Shown: one piece after another, positions 10,970 to 24,196 of the stretch | How the letters are laid out: every line of letters begins with the position of its first letter | Position numbering within the stretch: the stretch's first letter is position 1 | Assembly: GCA_047284725.1 (NCBI GenBank) | Contig: JBJBEO010000001.1 | Span: forward strand, 1,880,203-1,944,202 | Direction of reading: 5' to 3' | Source: Synechococcus sp. | Lineage (GTDB): Bacteria > Cyanobacteriota > Cyanobacteriia > PCC-6307 > Cyanobiaceae | DNA: 64,000 bases | Position numbers and translations under genes: made by a program | The notes under the pieces: generated by a model | The model's input: only the letters and a program-made list of their open reading frames with translations | Databases searched by the model: none | Told to the model about the DNA's origin: nothing

Positions 10970-11800
10970 ATGGCGATTTTCAAACACGCCCAGAGCGAGT
11001 CAAACAATACGTTCGAGACACTTCAATCCAACGATCTCGTCAGTACTGGAGCAGCACTGAGGGAAGGTCGAGAAGCGCAGAGGCTCAGCCTTCACGACCT
11101 TGCGTCGCAACTCAACATGGGCGACGAACAGCTGACAGCCCTCGAAACGGGTGACCGATCCAATCTTCCTGAAGCCGTTTTCATCAGGGCCTCCGTGCGG
11201 CGGGTTGCCAACAAGCTGGGATTAGACCCCGAACCACTGATTGCCCAGCTTCGAGATCTCGACCAGACCTCAGCGCAACAGACTTCACAACCCATTCCAG
11301 ATCCAAACAGCCTGCTGAACGCCAACCGCTCAATGGGGTCAGCAACATCCAAGAAGCCTGTGCGACTCGGATGGGGTTGGCTCCGTTTCGCGTCAGGACT
11401 CGCGGCTGTCAGCGCAGTGGCGGTTGCTGGCTGGAGATGGAGTCAGAGCACCAATTTTCAGACACAACAACCTCCGCAGCCCAACAATGAAGTGGCTGCA
11501 AAGCCTCTTGCAGCTCCAACGTCATCAGCTCAAAACAAGGCCCCGAACACGGTCACAATCATCACCAGTCAACCCAGCTGGATCGCGATCCGCAATCGGG
11601 GCGGTGCGCTGTTGTTTGAAGGCATGGTCGAGAAGGAGAAAACCCTGACAACATCGCAACCTCTGGAGATCTACGCAGGCAGACCCGACCTCGTACAAGT
11701 GCTGTCAGGTAGTGACCAGCAGGGCCCTCTGGGATCCATCGATCAGGTGCGCTGGTATCCGATTAATGCTGCACCGTCACCGACAGCTGCAACCCTGTGA
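10970..11800 (+). CDS. RodZ-like protein (XRE helix-turn-helix, TM helix, C-terminal DUF4115-like domain)
   Basis: GAALREGRE..LSLHDLA..L.ALE.G...LPEAVFIR HTH, one TM helix and C-terminal SWIAIR...LFEG...AGRPDLV. Start could be 10934 or 10970. Confidence 0.8.
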   Translation: MAIFKHAQSESNNTFETLQSNDLVSTGAALREGREAQRLSLHDLASQLNMGDEQLTALETGDRSNLPEAVFIRASVRRVANKLGLDPEPLIAQLRDLDQTSAQQTSQPIPDPNSLLNANRSMGSATSKKPVRLGWGWLRFASGLAAVSAVAVAGWRWSQSTNFQTQQPPQPNNEVAAKPLAAPTSSAQNKAPNTVTIITSQPSWIAIRNRGGALLFEGMVEKEKTLTTSQPLEIYAGRPDLVQVLSGSDQQGPLGSIDQVRWYPINAAPSPTAATL

Positions 11801-13385
11801 CCTCTTCAACAACCGGGGAACACTCTTCGAGACTCCACTGTTCGAGACTGAGATTCTGATTCAGGCGCTCAGGCACCAACTCACAGGACAGAACCCCAGC
11901 TGCAGCGCTCACCTGAATGGATTTAATCACAGGTTCCGGTCGCCGGTCGAGCGATGCAGCCAACCTGAGCAAAAGGGCCATTTCTGACACTGTTCGGCGT
12001 TCAGAGCGGGATGACAAGCACTGCCATGACTCATGCCGCTTCTTGGGGAGGCTGCGGCGGTGATAGCGGGCGATGGCCGCCACCATCAGATGTTCGTTCT
12101 CCGAATAGCCCAGCAGTTCACCGTGGCGGATCAGATACCAGGAATGTTTGTGATAGGCACTGAGATTGATGTGCTGACCGCAGGCATGCAGCATCGCTGC
12201 TGCCCATAGAAGTTCACGTCCTGGTCCTGGATCGCGATGCAGAACGCCGACTGTGCTGTCGTAAAGACAGAGTGCGTGGCTGACGACGCGCTCGGCACGC
12301 TGCTGATCCACAGCGAAGCGCTGCACTTGGTGCATCACAGTGCGCTCCCGAATATTGCTCTGAAAACTGAAACGATCTTCGAGCAACCCTTGGCGCAACA
12401 TCCAATCCACGATCAGGCCCTCGCGGAGGGCCCGTTCGCTCAGCACCAGATCCTCAACACCAAGCATCTGCATGCTGGTCTGGAGAATGAGCGCTCCAGG
12501 AACAATAATCTCAGCACGCCGATCATTGATGGGGGCTAGGTCCCTGCGTTGTTCTGGGTTGAGGCGAGTCAGCTTGTCGACCACCTGATCAAGCCGCTTC
12601 CGACGGATGCGATAGCCGTGAAGCTTCTGGGGAGGTCGATCATCGTTGCTGGCGACCAGAGCACCAACCGCCATCGCCGTCCCGCTCGTCGCCACCATCA
12701 GCGGGCTTTCGCGAGGATGGATCCGGCGCTTCACCTTCTCCACGGCCGGCTCGAGAGACCCCTGGATGTAGGCACGGAGAAAGGCCAGCCCTTGGGGAGG
12801 CAAGGGATCTTCGGTGACGAAGTCCCGTTGCAGGCGCACGGCACCGATGCGGGTGCTGGTCAATGCACGCGCATCACGCCCATCCGCCAGGATCAGTTCG
12901 GTGGATCCACCCCCGATGTCCAGCAGGAGGTGTGGGCGATCGCCGAACGACATTCCCGAGAGCACGCCGAGATAAATCAGGCGGGCTTCCTCAGGTCCAC
13001 TGACCAGATCAACGTCGAGATCGAGTTCGTCTTTGAGTTGCTGGAGAAAATCGCGTCCGTTCGGGGCCTCCCGCACGGCACTGGTGGCAGCCGTGACGAT
13101 CTGTTCCACCTGATGACTGGCCGCCAGTTGTGTGAACCTGCGCAGGGCATCCATGCCGCGGCCAAGGGCAGCATGGGTGATGGCACCACTCTCAGGATCC
13201 CTTTCTCCCAGGCGGGTGGTTGACTTTTCCGCAAGCACCACAGTGAAGGTGCGCAGTTCAGGGTCAACAGCCGCCACCAGCAGATGCGTGGAGTTGGTCC
13301 CGATATCAATCGCAGCGACACGCCGAAGCAAGCGTCCTGCTCTGCGCTGAGTGGGATCGGAAGCCGCGGCGTCGGCACCTGGCAT
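11763..13385 (-). CDS. ppx: Ppx/GppA exopolyphosphatase
   Basis: AAIDIGTNS, ATSAVREAPN, DIGGGSTE, ALREG and HD-like C-terminal region. Confidence 0.95.
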   Translation of the reverse strand: MPGADAAASDPTQRRAGRLLRRVAAIDIGTNSTHLLVAAVDPELRTFTVVLAEKSTTRLGERDPESGAITHAALGRGMDALRRFTQLAASHQVEQIVTAATSAVREAPNGRDFLQQLKDELDLDVDLVSGPEEARLIYLGVLSGMSFGDRPHLLLDIGGGSTELILADGRDARALTSTRIGAVRLQRDFVTEDPLPPQGLAFLRAYIQGSLEPAVEKVKRRIHPRESPLMVATSGTAMAVGALVASNDDRPPQKLHGYRIRRKRLDQVVDKLTRLNPEQRRDLAPINDRRAEIIVPGALILQTSMQMLGVEDLVLSERALREGLIVDWMLRQGLLEDRFSFQSNIRERTVMHQVQRFAVDQQRAERVVSHALCLYDSTVGVLHRDPGPGRELLWAAAMLHACGQHINLSAYHKHSWYLIRHGELLGYSENEHLMVAAIARYHRRSLPKKRHESWQCLSSRSERRTVSEMALLLRLAASLDRRPEPVIKSIQVSAAAGVLSCELVPERLNQNLSLEQWSLEECSPVVEEVTGLQLSVTVQH

Positions 13386-13474
13386 CGACGGTGACGTGGG
13401 AACCGATCACACTCTGCCACCGGTGGCCGGCCCTGGGATGGAACTGCCTATGGTTTTTCGAAACATCCAGCAAC

Positions 13475-14383
13475 GTGACCGGCGCATCCCAACGCCAACC
13501 TCTATCTGCTTTGTCCAACTGGTTTCAGCTGCTGCGCTGGAACAAGCCCAGTGGACGCCTGATCCTGTTGATCCCAGCCGGCTGGAGTCTCTGGCTGACA
13601 CCCAACCGACCACCCGATCTCTTTCTGATGCTGCTGATTGTGGCAGGAGGCCTGAGCGTCTCCGCTGCGGGTTGCATCGCCAACGACCTCTGGGACCAGG
13701 GTTTCGATCGTCAGGTCGAACGCACCAAGAACCGGCCCCTGGCCCGGGGTGGACTCCCTGTCACAACGGCCGTCACATCCCTGCTCAGCCTCCTGGTGGT
13801 GAGCCTTCTGGTGGTGATGGCGCTACCGAATGAGGGACGCAGGCTTTGCCTGTTGCTGGCGCTCCTGGCCTTGCCGCCGATCCTGCTTTACCCCTCCGCA
13901 AAACGCTGGTTCCCCTTCCCCCAAGCCGTGCTGGCGCTCTGCTGGGGGTTCGCCGTCTTGATTCCCTGGGCTGCCGCTCAAGGACACCTGAGCACAGCGC
14001 CTCCACTGGTGCTCTGCTGGCTTGCCACCCTGACCTGGACCTTCGGCTTTGACACGGTTTATGCGATGGCCGATCGAGTCGACGATCAAAGACTGGGGCT
14101 TCACAGCAGTGCCCTGACGCTGGGGGCTGCTGCGGTTCCAGTGGTCACCGTCTGTTATGGAATCACCGTGCTGGCCCTCGCTGCGGCAGCCGTCACCGCC
14201 CAACTTGGAGTCCTGTTCTGGCCCTTCTGGGCTCTCGCCTCAGCAGGAATGCTGTTGGAACCCCGGCAGCTAAACCGCTTCCAACAACAATCGATGTCGG
14301 TGTATGGGAAGCACTTCAAACACCAGGTCTGGCTTGGGAGCCTGATGCTGCTGGCACTAGTCATGGGGGGTCTGCAGGGATGA
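13475..14383 (+). CDS. ubiA: 4-hydroxybenzoate solanesyl/polyprenyltransferase (plastoquinone synthesis)
   Basis: LLRWNKPSG, GCIANDLWDQGFDRQVERTKNRPLA and FDTVYAMADRVDD motifs. GTG start at 13475 chosen. Confidence 0.92.
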   Translation: MTGASQRQPLSALSNWFQLLRWNKPSGRLILLIPAGWSLWLTPNRPPDLFLMLLIVAGGLSVSAAGCIANDLWDQGFDRQVERTKNRPLARGGLPVTTAVTSLLSLLVVSLLVVMALPNEGRRLCLLLALLALPPILLYPSAKRWFPFPQAVLALCWGFAVLIPWAAAQGHLSTAPPLVLCWLATLTWTFGFDTVYAMADRVDDQRLGLHSSALTLGAAAVPVVTVCYGITVLALAAAAVTAQLGVLFWPFWALASAGMLLEPRQLNRFQQQSMSVYGKHFKHQVWLGSLMLLALVMGGLQG

Positions 14384-15258
14384 ACACCTCCAGCCCGAGT
14401 CTGCGCCAAGGGGATGCTGTGGCCGTTGTCGCCGCCAGCTCCGCCTATGACGATTGCGAACCACTCCGCCGCGGCCTCGAGGTACTGAACAGCTGGGGAC
14501 TGCGCACGGATCCCGAAGCCATACCTCAGCGACGCTGGGGCTATCTGGCTGGGGATGACGCCTCCCGGCATCACGATCTGCAGCCGAATCCACCTGCACC
14601 ACTCCTGGCCTGTGCCCGAGGCGGATGGGGAGCGGCTCGCCTTCTGGAGAGGCCCATTCGCTGGCAGCGGGGCTGGCTTCTCGGCTTCTCTGATGTCACA
14701 GCACTGCTGTTGTCACGCTTGAGCGCAGGCATCGACGGTGGCATCCATGGCCCTCTGCTGAGCACACTGGCCGCCGAGCCGAAATGGAGTCAGCAACGGT
14801 TACGGGATCTGCTGTTCGGAGCCGAGTTGCCTCCGCTCCATGGCCAGGGCTGGGTGAAAGGGCAGATCAGCGGCCCCTTGATCGCCGCCAACCTCACCGT
14901 GGCCTCCCACCTGCTGGGCAGCCCTCACATGCCCCGATTGGATGGGGCCATCCTGATCCTGGAAGATGTGAGTGAGAGTCCTTACCGGCTCGACCGCATG
15001 CTCACCCACTGGCGTCTGACTGGCAGCCTGCAGAGACTGGCGGGGCTTGGCTTCGGTCGCTTCAGCCACTGTGCCGACGATGATGACAACGGGGCTGGTT
15101 TCAGCTGGCGTGAGGTCCTGCAGGAGCGCAGCGCAGACCTTGGCATTCCCGTGGTGGCAGACCTGCCCGTGGGTCATGGTCCGGAAGGCAATGCAGCCCT
15201 GCCGATGGGACGCCCCGCCTGCCTGGATGCGAACCAGGGGGAACTCAGGCTGCTCTGA
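14380..15258 (+). CDS. ldcA: LD-carboxypeptidase (peptidase S66)
   Basis: YLAGDD..R, RGGWG, GFSDVT (catalytic Ser), ILEDVSE and PVGH. ATGA overlap with ubiA. Confidence 0.88.
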   Translation: MNTSSPSLRQGDAVAVVAASSAYDDCEPLRRGLEVLNSWGLRTDPEAIPQRRWGYLAGDDASRHHDLQPNPPAPLLACARGGWGAARLLERPIRWQRGWLLGFSDVTALLLSRLSAGIDGGIHGPLLSTLAAEPKWSQQRLRDLLFGAELPPLHGQGWVKGQISGPLIAANLTVASHLLGSPHMPRLDGAILILEDVSESPYRLDRMLTHWRLTGSLQRLAGLGFGRFSHCADDDDNGAGFSWREVLQERSADLGIPVVADLPVGHGPEGNAALPMGRPACLDANQGELRLL

Positions 15259-15937
15259 CCGACAGCACCGCCTCGGCGACCACCAGGTCAAAACGGGTGG
15301 TGACCTTGATGTTGCCCGGGCCGGCATCCAGCACTTTCACCTCCCAGCCCAACCGTTCGTAAAGAGAGGCATCGTCGGTGACCTCCCAGCCCAGGCGGCA
15401 GGCCTTGGCATGGCCCTCCCGCAACTGCTCGACAGCAAATCCCTGCGGCGTCTGAGCCGCCCAGAGCTCAGACCGACAGGGGGTGGCCGTGATCACCCCA
15501 CTGCCATCCACCCGTTTGATCGTGTCGGAGACAGGTGTGGCGGCAATCACGGCATCACCGGCACGCACCGCCTCGGCGCAACGGTCGAAAAGAGCGGGCT
15601 CCACCAAGCAGCGAGCGCCATCGTGGATCAGCACATGACGTGCCTCAGAGGGCAAGCCGGCCAGCCCCTGCAGCACCGACTCCTGCCGGGTCGCTCCGCC
15701 CTGAATCCAACAGACCGGTATGGCCGACAGCTCTGGACGACAGTTCTTGATGATTGTTTCAATCGCCGCCCGGTCACTCTCCTGACCCACAATCCCGATC
15801 CAGCGGATCGTCCTGGCCTGCAGAGCAGCCTGCAGGGTCCAGGCCAGCACAGGCCGCTGCAGGAGAGGTAACAGCAACTTGTTGCGATCGGCCCCCATGC
15901 GACGACCACTTCCCGCAGCGGCGATCAACAGATGCAC
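15245..15937 (-). CDS. ispD: 2-C-methyl-D-erythritol 4-phosphate cytidylyltransferase
   Basis: [42 protein letters not shown] and NIKVTT. GTG start at 15937. Confidence 0.96.
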   Translation of the reverse strand: MHLLIAAAGSGRRMGADRNKLLLPLLQRPVLAWTLQAALQARTIRWIGIVGQESDRAAIETIIKNCRPELSAIPVCWIQGGATRQESVLQGLAGLPSEARHVLIHDGARCLVEPALFDRCAEAVRAGDAVIAATPVSDTIKRVDGSGVITATPCRSELWAAQTPQGFAVEQLREGHAKACRLGWEVTDDASLYERLGWEVKVLDAGPGNIKVTTRFDLVVAEAVLSVRAA

Positions 15938-16011
15938 AAGCGACTCCTGCAAAAGGCAGGGGGAAACGGCCTCCATACAATCAGCTCGCATCCCATTTGT
16001 GCTGCTGGTTC

Positions 16012-16844
16012 ATGCGCGTTCTTGCCCTTAGCCCGGGGAGCCTTCAGCAGCAACTCGAACGGCTGCCCGTGGTCGCAGCCACTGCCGAGCAGCTCGAATC
16101 CACCGTTCAGGTGGCCTGTCCGATCGCCCATCGCCAGATCTGGGAGCTGGTGCCGGCCGTTGAAAAGGTGATCCCCTTTGCCTTTGATGAGGGGTCGACC
16201 CTGGCCGACTGGGCCAATCTGCTCGGCTGTGTTCGCGAGCCCGACTTCCAGGTGTGCCTGAACTTCGCCTCAGGGCGCCAGGTGAATCTGATGCTGGGCA
16301 TGAGCCACATCCCCACACGCCTGGCCTTCGACGGCTTCGCCACAACCCACAAGGTGCAGCACACCGATGGCTGGAAAGCTCAGCAGCTCAGCGGCTTTGC
16401 ACAGGCCATCGGCCTGACGCTGAAGGCCGATGATTTTCGCCTTTCTCTGCCTGCAAAAAGCCTCGACCACATCCGATCGGAGCAGCCAGCAGGCAATGGC
16501 CCACTCCTGCTGCTGGCCCCGAACGGTGAGGCGACTGACTGGCCCACCGACCATTGGCAGAGCCTGACAGAGACCATCCGCCAGCGCCTGGCATCCCTGC
16601 GCAGGCAGCAGGTGTCCTCCGAGACCAAACTAATCACCCGTGCTGCACTTGTTGCCTGTGCCGACGTGGTGCTGAGCAGTTGCCCGGTCACACAACTGCT
16701 GGCGGTCTACACCGGTGTGCCGCTCGTGGCCCTTGGCACCAACCCTGCGGATCTGCCCCAACGGGAGGGACTGCGCTGTCTTGGAGACCGCAGCAGCCTG
16801 GAGCACCTTGGTGAGCAAGAGGTCCTCTCCGCCCTTGGGTTCTG

Positions 16845-16845
<1 letters not shown>
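16012..16845 (+). CDS. Glycosyltransferase family 9-like (heptosyltransferase-like) protein
   Basis: MRVLALSPG..., WANLLGCVREPDFQVCLN, DWP...W and LLAVYTGVPLVAL resemble the cyanobacterial GT9-like family. Confidence 0.7.
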
Positions 16846-18778
<1,933 letters not shown>

Positions 18779-18781
18779 AGC

Positions 18782-18958
18782 TCAACGCGATAGCGGCTGA
18801 GTCAAGGCATCGCGCAGCCGCCGAATCCGCTGAAGCAGGCGCAGCCGCCTGCTTCTTTCCGTGGCCGTCAGGAAGATTCGCAACGGCACATAGACCAAAG
18901 CCATTGCTGCTGCCAGGGCCGCAATCAAGATGAAGGATTGGGAGCCGACATCGTTCAT
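18782..18958 (-). CDS. Small single-pass membrane protein (58 aa), function unknown
   Basis: Manual translation MNDVGSQSFILIAALAAAMALVYVPLRIFLTATERSRRLRLLQRIRRLRDALTQPLSR: a TM helix followed by an Arg-rich amphipathic tail. Fills the fabG-groEL gap. Confidence 0.8.
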   Translation of the reverse strand: MNDVGSQSFILIAALAAAMALVYVPLRIFLTATERSRRLRLLQRIRRLRDALTQPLSR

Positions 18959-19087
18959 GAACGGACGTTAACGAGCTCGTGACAACAGGGCACCATCCGG
19001 TCGCACTTGATTCGGCTTTCCCCACCCGACAGGTGCTTCGAAGGGTCAGGTCCCTATGGGACATTGACCAACGGGTACCTGTAGATC

Positions 19088-20764
<1,677 letters not shown>

Positions 20765-20792
20765 TGCCAAAGCCCGGCAGGACCCAATGACG

Positions 20793-21002
20793 TCAGAGGG
20801 AACGAACAAGCCGGGCATGAATTCTGCACACCGTGAGTGCTTCCTGGGGCGGCCGCCTGCACAGCCGCCCCAGTTCACGATTCAGTGCCTGAAGCTCCCC
20901 CATCGGCAATCCAGCGAGCGGAACGGCAAAGACCAGGCCGCCGAGGGCAAGATTCAACGGCAGCAGCAGCCGAAGTCTCTTCACGGGTCTCTCGCGTCTC
21001 AT
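20793..21002 (-). CDS. Small hypothetical exported protein with a Cys pair
   Basis: Basic-then-hydrophobic signal-like N-terminus followed by ELQALNRELGRLC..PPQEALTVCRIHARL. The start may be an internal GTG. Confidence 0.65.
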   Translation of the reverse strand: MRRERPVKRLRLLLPLNLALGGLVFAVPLAGLPMGELQALNRELGRLCRRPPQEALTVCRIHARLVRSL

Positions 21003-21093
21003 CCGATTCTGGGCCGATTGGCGTCACCTGTGTCAATTCCTCAGCTTCGCTTCCAGGGATCCCTGAGATCAGGGTTGGTGGCTGTCCTCGCCC

Positions 21094-21786
21094 TCAGCGA
21101 GCGATCTGTCGGCAGTAAGCCGCAACCTGAAGATCGACCCCGGTGATGGCAGTGCCAACCACCACACAGTTCGCGCCATGGTCCAACGCCTGAACCGCCA
21201 TCGCAGCGGACGCGATGCCTCCTTCACAGATCAGAGGCACGGACGGCGGCAGCTGCTGACGCAGAGGCCGCAGCAGATCCAAGCCTGGAGGGGTGTCCTG
21301 ACGGGTTTCGCCTGTGTAGCCAAAGAGTGTCGTGCCGACCCAGCGGCAGCCCAGCTCTGCCGCCCTCAGACCATTCGCAACACTGTCGACATCAGCCATC
21401 AACGGAGCGCCTAAGTCATCCATCGCCCGCTGCACCAACGTTTGGAGTTGTTCACCATCGGGGCGAGCCCGGGACGTGGCATCGAGAGCGACAACATCGG
21501 CCCCCGCACCCCACACCGCCTTGATCTCGTGCCATCGAGGCGTGATGTAGACCTCGCTGTCTGGGAAGGTGCGTTTCCACAAACCGATGATCAGGGCTTC
21601 AGGGCATCGGCGCCGCACGGCACCGATGTGCTCCGGACTCTCAAGCCTGACACCGATGGCCCCGTTGTTCAGGCTTGCTTCCGCCATGGCTGCGATCACC
21701 TCGGGATCTCGCATCGGCGAAGCTTCGGGGGCCTGAACAGACACAATCAGCCCTCCCTGAAGGCTGGAGAGATCCAACTTGGCCAT
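21094..21786 (-). CDS. nanE: N-acetylmannosamine-6-phosphate 2-epimerase
   Basis: GLIVSVQA, IIGLWKR, VYITP, MADV, GTTLFGYT, EGGI and VVVGTAIT. Confidence 0.92.
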   Translation of the reverse strand: MAKLDLSSLQGGLIVSVQAPEASPMRDPEVIAAMAEASLNNGAIGVRLESPEHIGAVRRRCPEALIIGLWKRTFPDSEVYITPRWHEIKAVWGAGADVVALDATSRARPDGEQLQTLVQRAMDDLGAPLMADVDSVANGLRAAELGCRWVGTTLFGYTGETRQDTPPGLDLLRPLRQQLPPSVPLICEGGIASAAMAVQALDHGANCVVVGTAITGVDLQVAAYCRQIAR

Positions 21787-21789
21787 TGC

Positions 21790-22263
21790 TCAGGAGGCCC
21801 TGGGGAGCTCGTCAGCTCTCGCAGGCAGCCAACGGCGCAACCGATCAAGGCGGGGGGCCGGCGGAGGCGGCATCTGCTCTGGTGCCACGAGGGGAATACG
21901 GGAGAGTCTGCTGGTCGCAGAGGAGTGATCAGCTCTGGCATCACTCACAACATCGATGGAGGCTGGCTCTACCTGCAGAGAGGGTTCAACGACCAACGCA
22001 TCCGTCTCATCCACCCTGATCGAAGGCAGCGATGACGCGGACTCATCAGCGCCGTCTCCTCCTGTTGTGATGTCCTCAGTCGAATCCTCCGAGGCCAGAG
22101 GATCACGCGTCAGTTGGTGCAGGGTGGCAACGCCGTAGCGATGAACCCATTGGCGTTCAATCCTTTTGATCGCGAGGTGGTCACCCTGGGAACGGGCGTG
22201 GAGGAGTTGCTGACGCAATGCATCGCGTCGTCGCTGGGGCAGAGAGGCGCTGGAAGCAGTCAC
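21790..22263 (-). CDS. Hypothetical protein
   Basis: Fills the gap within a minus-strand operon (3-4 bp spacers). Conserved-looking QWVHRYG and PPPPAPRLDRLRRWLP blocks flank an acidic linker. Confidence 0.7.
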   Translation of the reverse strand: MTASSASLPQRRRDALRQQLLHARSQGDHLAIKRIERQWVHRYGVATLHQLTRDPLASEDSTEDITTGGDGADESASSLPSIRVDETDALVVEPSLQVEPASIDVVSDARADHSSATSRLSRIPLVAPEQMPPPPAPRLDRLRRWLPARADELPRAS

Positions 22264-22267
22264 AGGA

Positions 22268-23101
22268 TCAGGCGAGCTTGCGGTTGAGCAGAGGGCGAAT
22301 CAACAGAAACAGCCCGAAGGTGAGAACCGTCAAGACCGTCAGGCAGGCATAGCCAGTCACGGGGCCGTAGGGGGCTTCGAGCAGCACCTGGGACAAGTCC
22401 AGAGGACCGGTGTAAGCGGCACGAATCGGTTCTATGGCGAAGGTAAGGGGATTCAGGGCCGCGAGCCAGCCCAGCCAAGTGGGCATGAACGCCAACGGAG
22501 CCAAAGCAGTACTCGCAAACAAAAGAGGCAGATTGGCGACAAAGATCACTGCGATCAGCTCGATATGGCCGGGGAGTGCGAAGGCAAGTCCGAGGCTCAG
22601 GGCTGTGACCGCAAACACCAGCAAGAGCAGCGTGAGCAGCACCAGGCCAAGGCCAGCCAATCCGGGCCAGCCATACCCCAGCAAGGCCGCCGTGGCCATG
22701 ATCGCCACGCTCTGCACCAGGCTCAAGGTGGTGATGTAGATCACGGAAGCCAGCACGATCGAACTGCGGCTGCGCAGGGGCGCCACCAGCAAACGGTTCA
22801 GGAAGCCGAATTCCCGATCGAACATCACCGGTAACCCTGCGTTCAATGCTGCGCTGAACGCGGTGAAGACGATGACGCCAGCCCCGAGGAAACGCCCATA
22901 ACTGAGCCCCCCGGGCAGCAATCCCTCAGGAGCCCGGGAGAAAAGAGCTCCGAACAGCACCAACCAGATCAGGGGTTGCAGCACCCCCGCCACCAGGGTG
23001 GAAGGGCGGCGCTGCAGCTGAAGGAAGAGACGCCTGGTCAGCGCCATCGTTTCCTGCGCCAGTTCGGACAGAGGAGTGCTGGTGACAATGGAACGCGACA
23101 T
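22268..23101 (-). CDS. ABC-2 type exporter permease (DrrB-like)
   Basis: QPLIWLVLFG, MFDREFGFLNRLLVAP and NPLTFAIE motifs; about 6 TM segments. Confidence 0.92.
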   Translation of the reverse strand: MSRSIVTSTPLSELAQETMALTRRLFLQLQRRPSTLVAGVLQPLIWLVLFGALFSRAPEGLLPGGLSYGRFLGAGVIVFTAFSAALNAGLPVMFDREFGFLNRLLVAPLRSRSSIVLASVIYITTLSLVQSVAIMATAALLGYGWPGLAGLGLVLLTLLLLVFAVTALSLGLAFALPGHIELIAVIFVANLPLLFASTALAPLAFMPTWLGWLAALNPLTFAIEPIRAAYTGPLDLSQVLLEAPYGPVTGYACLTVLTVLTFGLFLLIRPLLNRKLA

Positions 23102-23149
23102 CGAAGGGGGCGATCAAACAACGAGGCAGACAACAGCGAGAGGAGGGGT

Positions 23150-24163
23150 TTAACGCATGGCCTGTTTGCGTTCTTGTTTCGGGTCGCGCTGGCCAGCAAC
23201 CGCCAATTCGGCATCCATCAGCGTGCGACCGGTGGCCTGAAGGTAAACGTCATCGAGGCTTGGGCGACTCTGAGCCAAAGCGAACACCGGCAGTCCGGCC
23301 TGATCCAATTGCTGTCTCAACCGGTCGAGCACCTGATCGTCTTCCACCACGAGATTGAGGGAATAACCCTGGGCGCGATTGACGACAATTTGACGAACCC
23401 CTTCCACTGGCTGCAGCAGACCCTGGACACGCTCGGCTTCCACCTGATCGCTGAATTCGCGCACCCTCAGGGTGATTCGATCCCCACCCAGCCGTTGTTT
23501 GAGCTCGTCGGGACTCCCCTCTGCAATCACCCGGCCGGCATCGATGATCGCCATCCGGTCGGCCAAGGCCTCCACCTCTTCTAGGTAGTGACTGCTGAGC
23601 AAGATCGTGGTGCCCTGCTGACGCAGCTCCCTCAGCACCTGCCAGATCGCAGCTCGACTTTCAATGTCAAGGCCAACGGTGGGCTCATCGAGCACCAGCA
23701 GGCGAGGACGGTGCAGGAGGCCTGAAGCCAGATCGAGCCGACGGCGCATCCCTCCGGAATACGTGCCGCAGCGACGATCAATCCAGTCCTGCATTCCCAG
23801 AATGGTGATCAACTCCACGATGCGTTGGTCACGATCGGCGCGAGGGAGGTGATAGAGATCGCCTTGAAGCTGGAGCAGCTCACGGCCGGTGAGGATTTTG
23901 TCGATCGCCACCTCCTGTGCCACGTATCCCATCAGACAGCGCACGGCCCGGGGATCCTGCAAGGCATCGATGCCGGCCACATGCACCGTGCCGGCATCAG
24001 GAGCCAGCAGCGTGGCCAAGATGCGAAAGGTCGTGGTCTTGCCGGCGCCATTCGGACCTAAGAGCCCATAAAGACACCCTTCTGGAACATCCAGACTCAA
24101 GTCCTGAAGAGCCTTGACTGACCCATAGGTCTTCTGGAGATGTGCCAGCTCCAACAAGGACAT
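23150..24163 (-). CDS. ABC exporter ATP-binding protein (DrrA-like)
   Basis: GPNGAGKTT, YSGGMRRRLD, LDEPTVGLD and C-terminal PSLDDVYLQATG. Confidence 0.93.
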   Translation of the reverse strand: MSLLELAHLQKTYGSVKALQDLSLDVPEGCLYGLLGPNGAGKTTTFRILATLLAPDAGTVHVAGIDALQDPRAVRCLMGYVAQEVAIDKILTGRELLQLQGDLYHLPRADRDQRIVELITILGMQDWIDRRCGTYSGGMRRRLDLASGLLHRPRLLVLDEPTVGLDIESRAAIWQVLRELRQQGTTILLSSHYLEEVEALADRMAIIDAGRVIAEGSPDELKQRLGGDRITLRVREFSDQVEAERVQGLLQPVEGVRQIVVNRAQGYSLNLVVEDDQVLDRLRQQLDQAGLPVFALAQSRPSLDDVYLQATGRTLMDAELAVAGQRDPKQERKQAMR

Positions 24164-24196
24164 CGAGGAGACAAGGGACAAAGGCCGAAATGGAAT

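Noticed and set aside
21006..21036. Possible minus-strand sigma70 promoter (TTGACA ... CAGAAT)
   Set aside because: The spacer is 19 nt and the -10 is imperfect; not supportable without TSS data.
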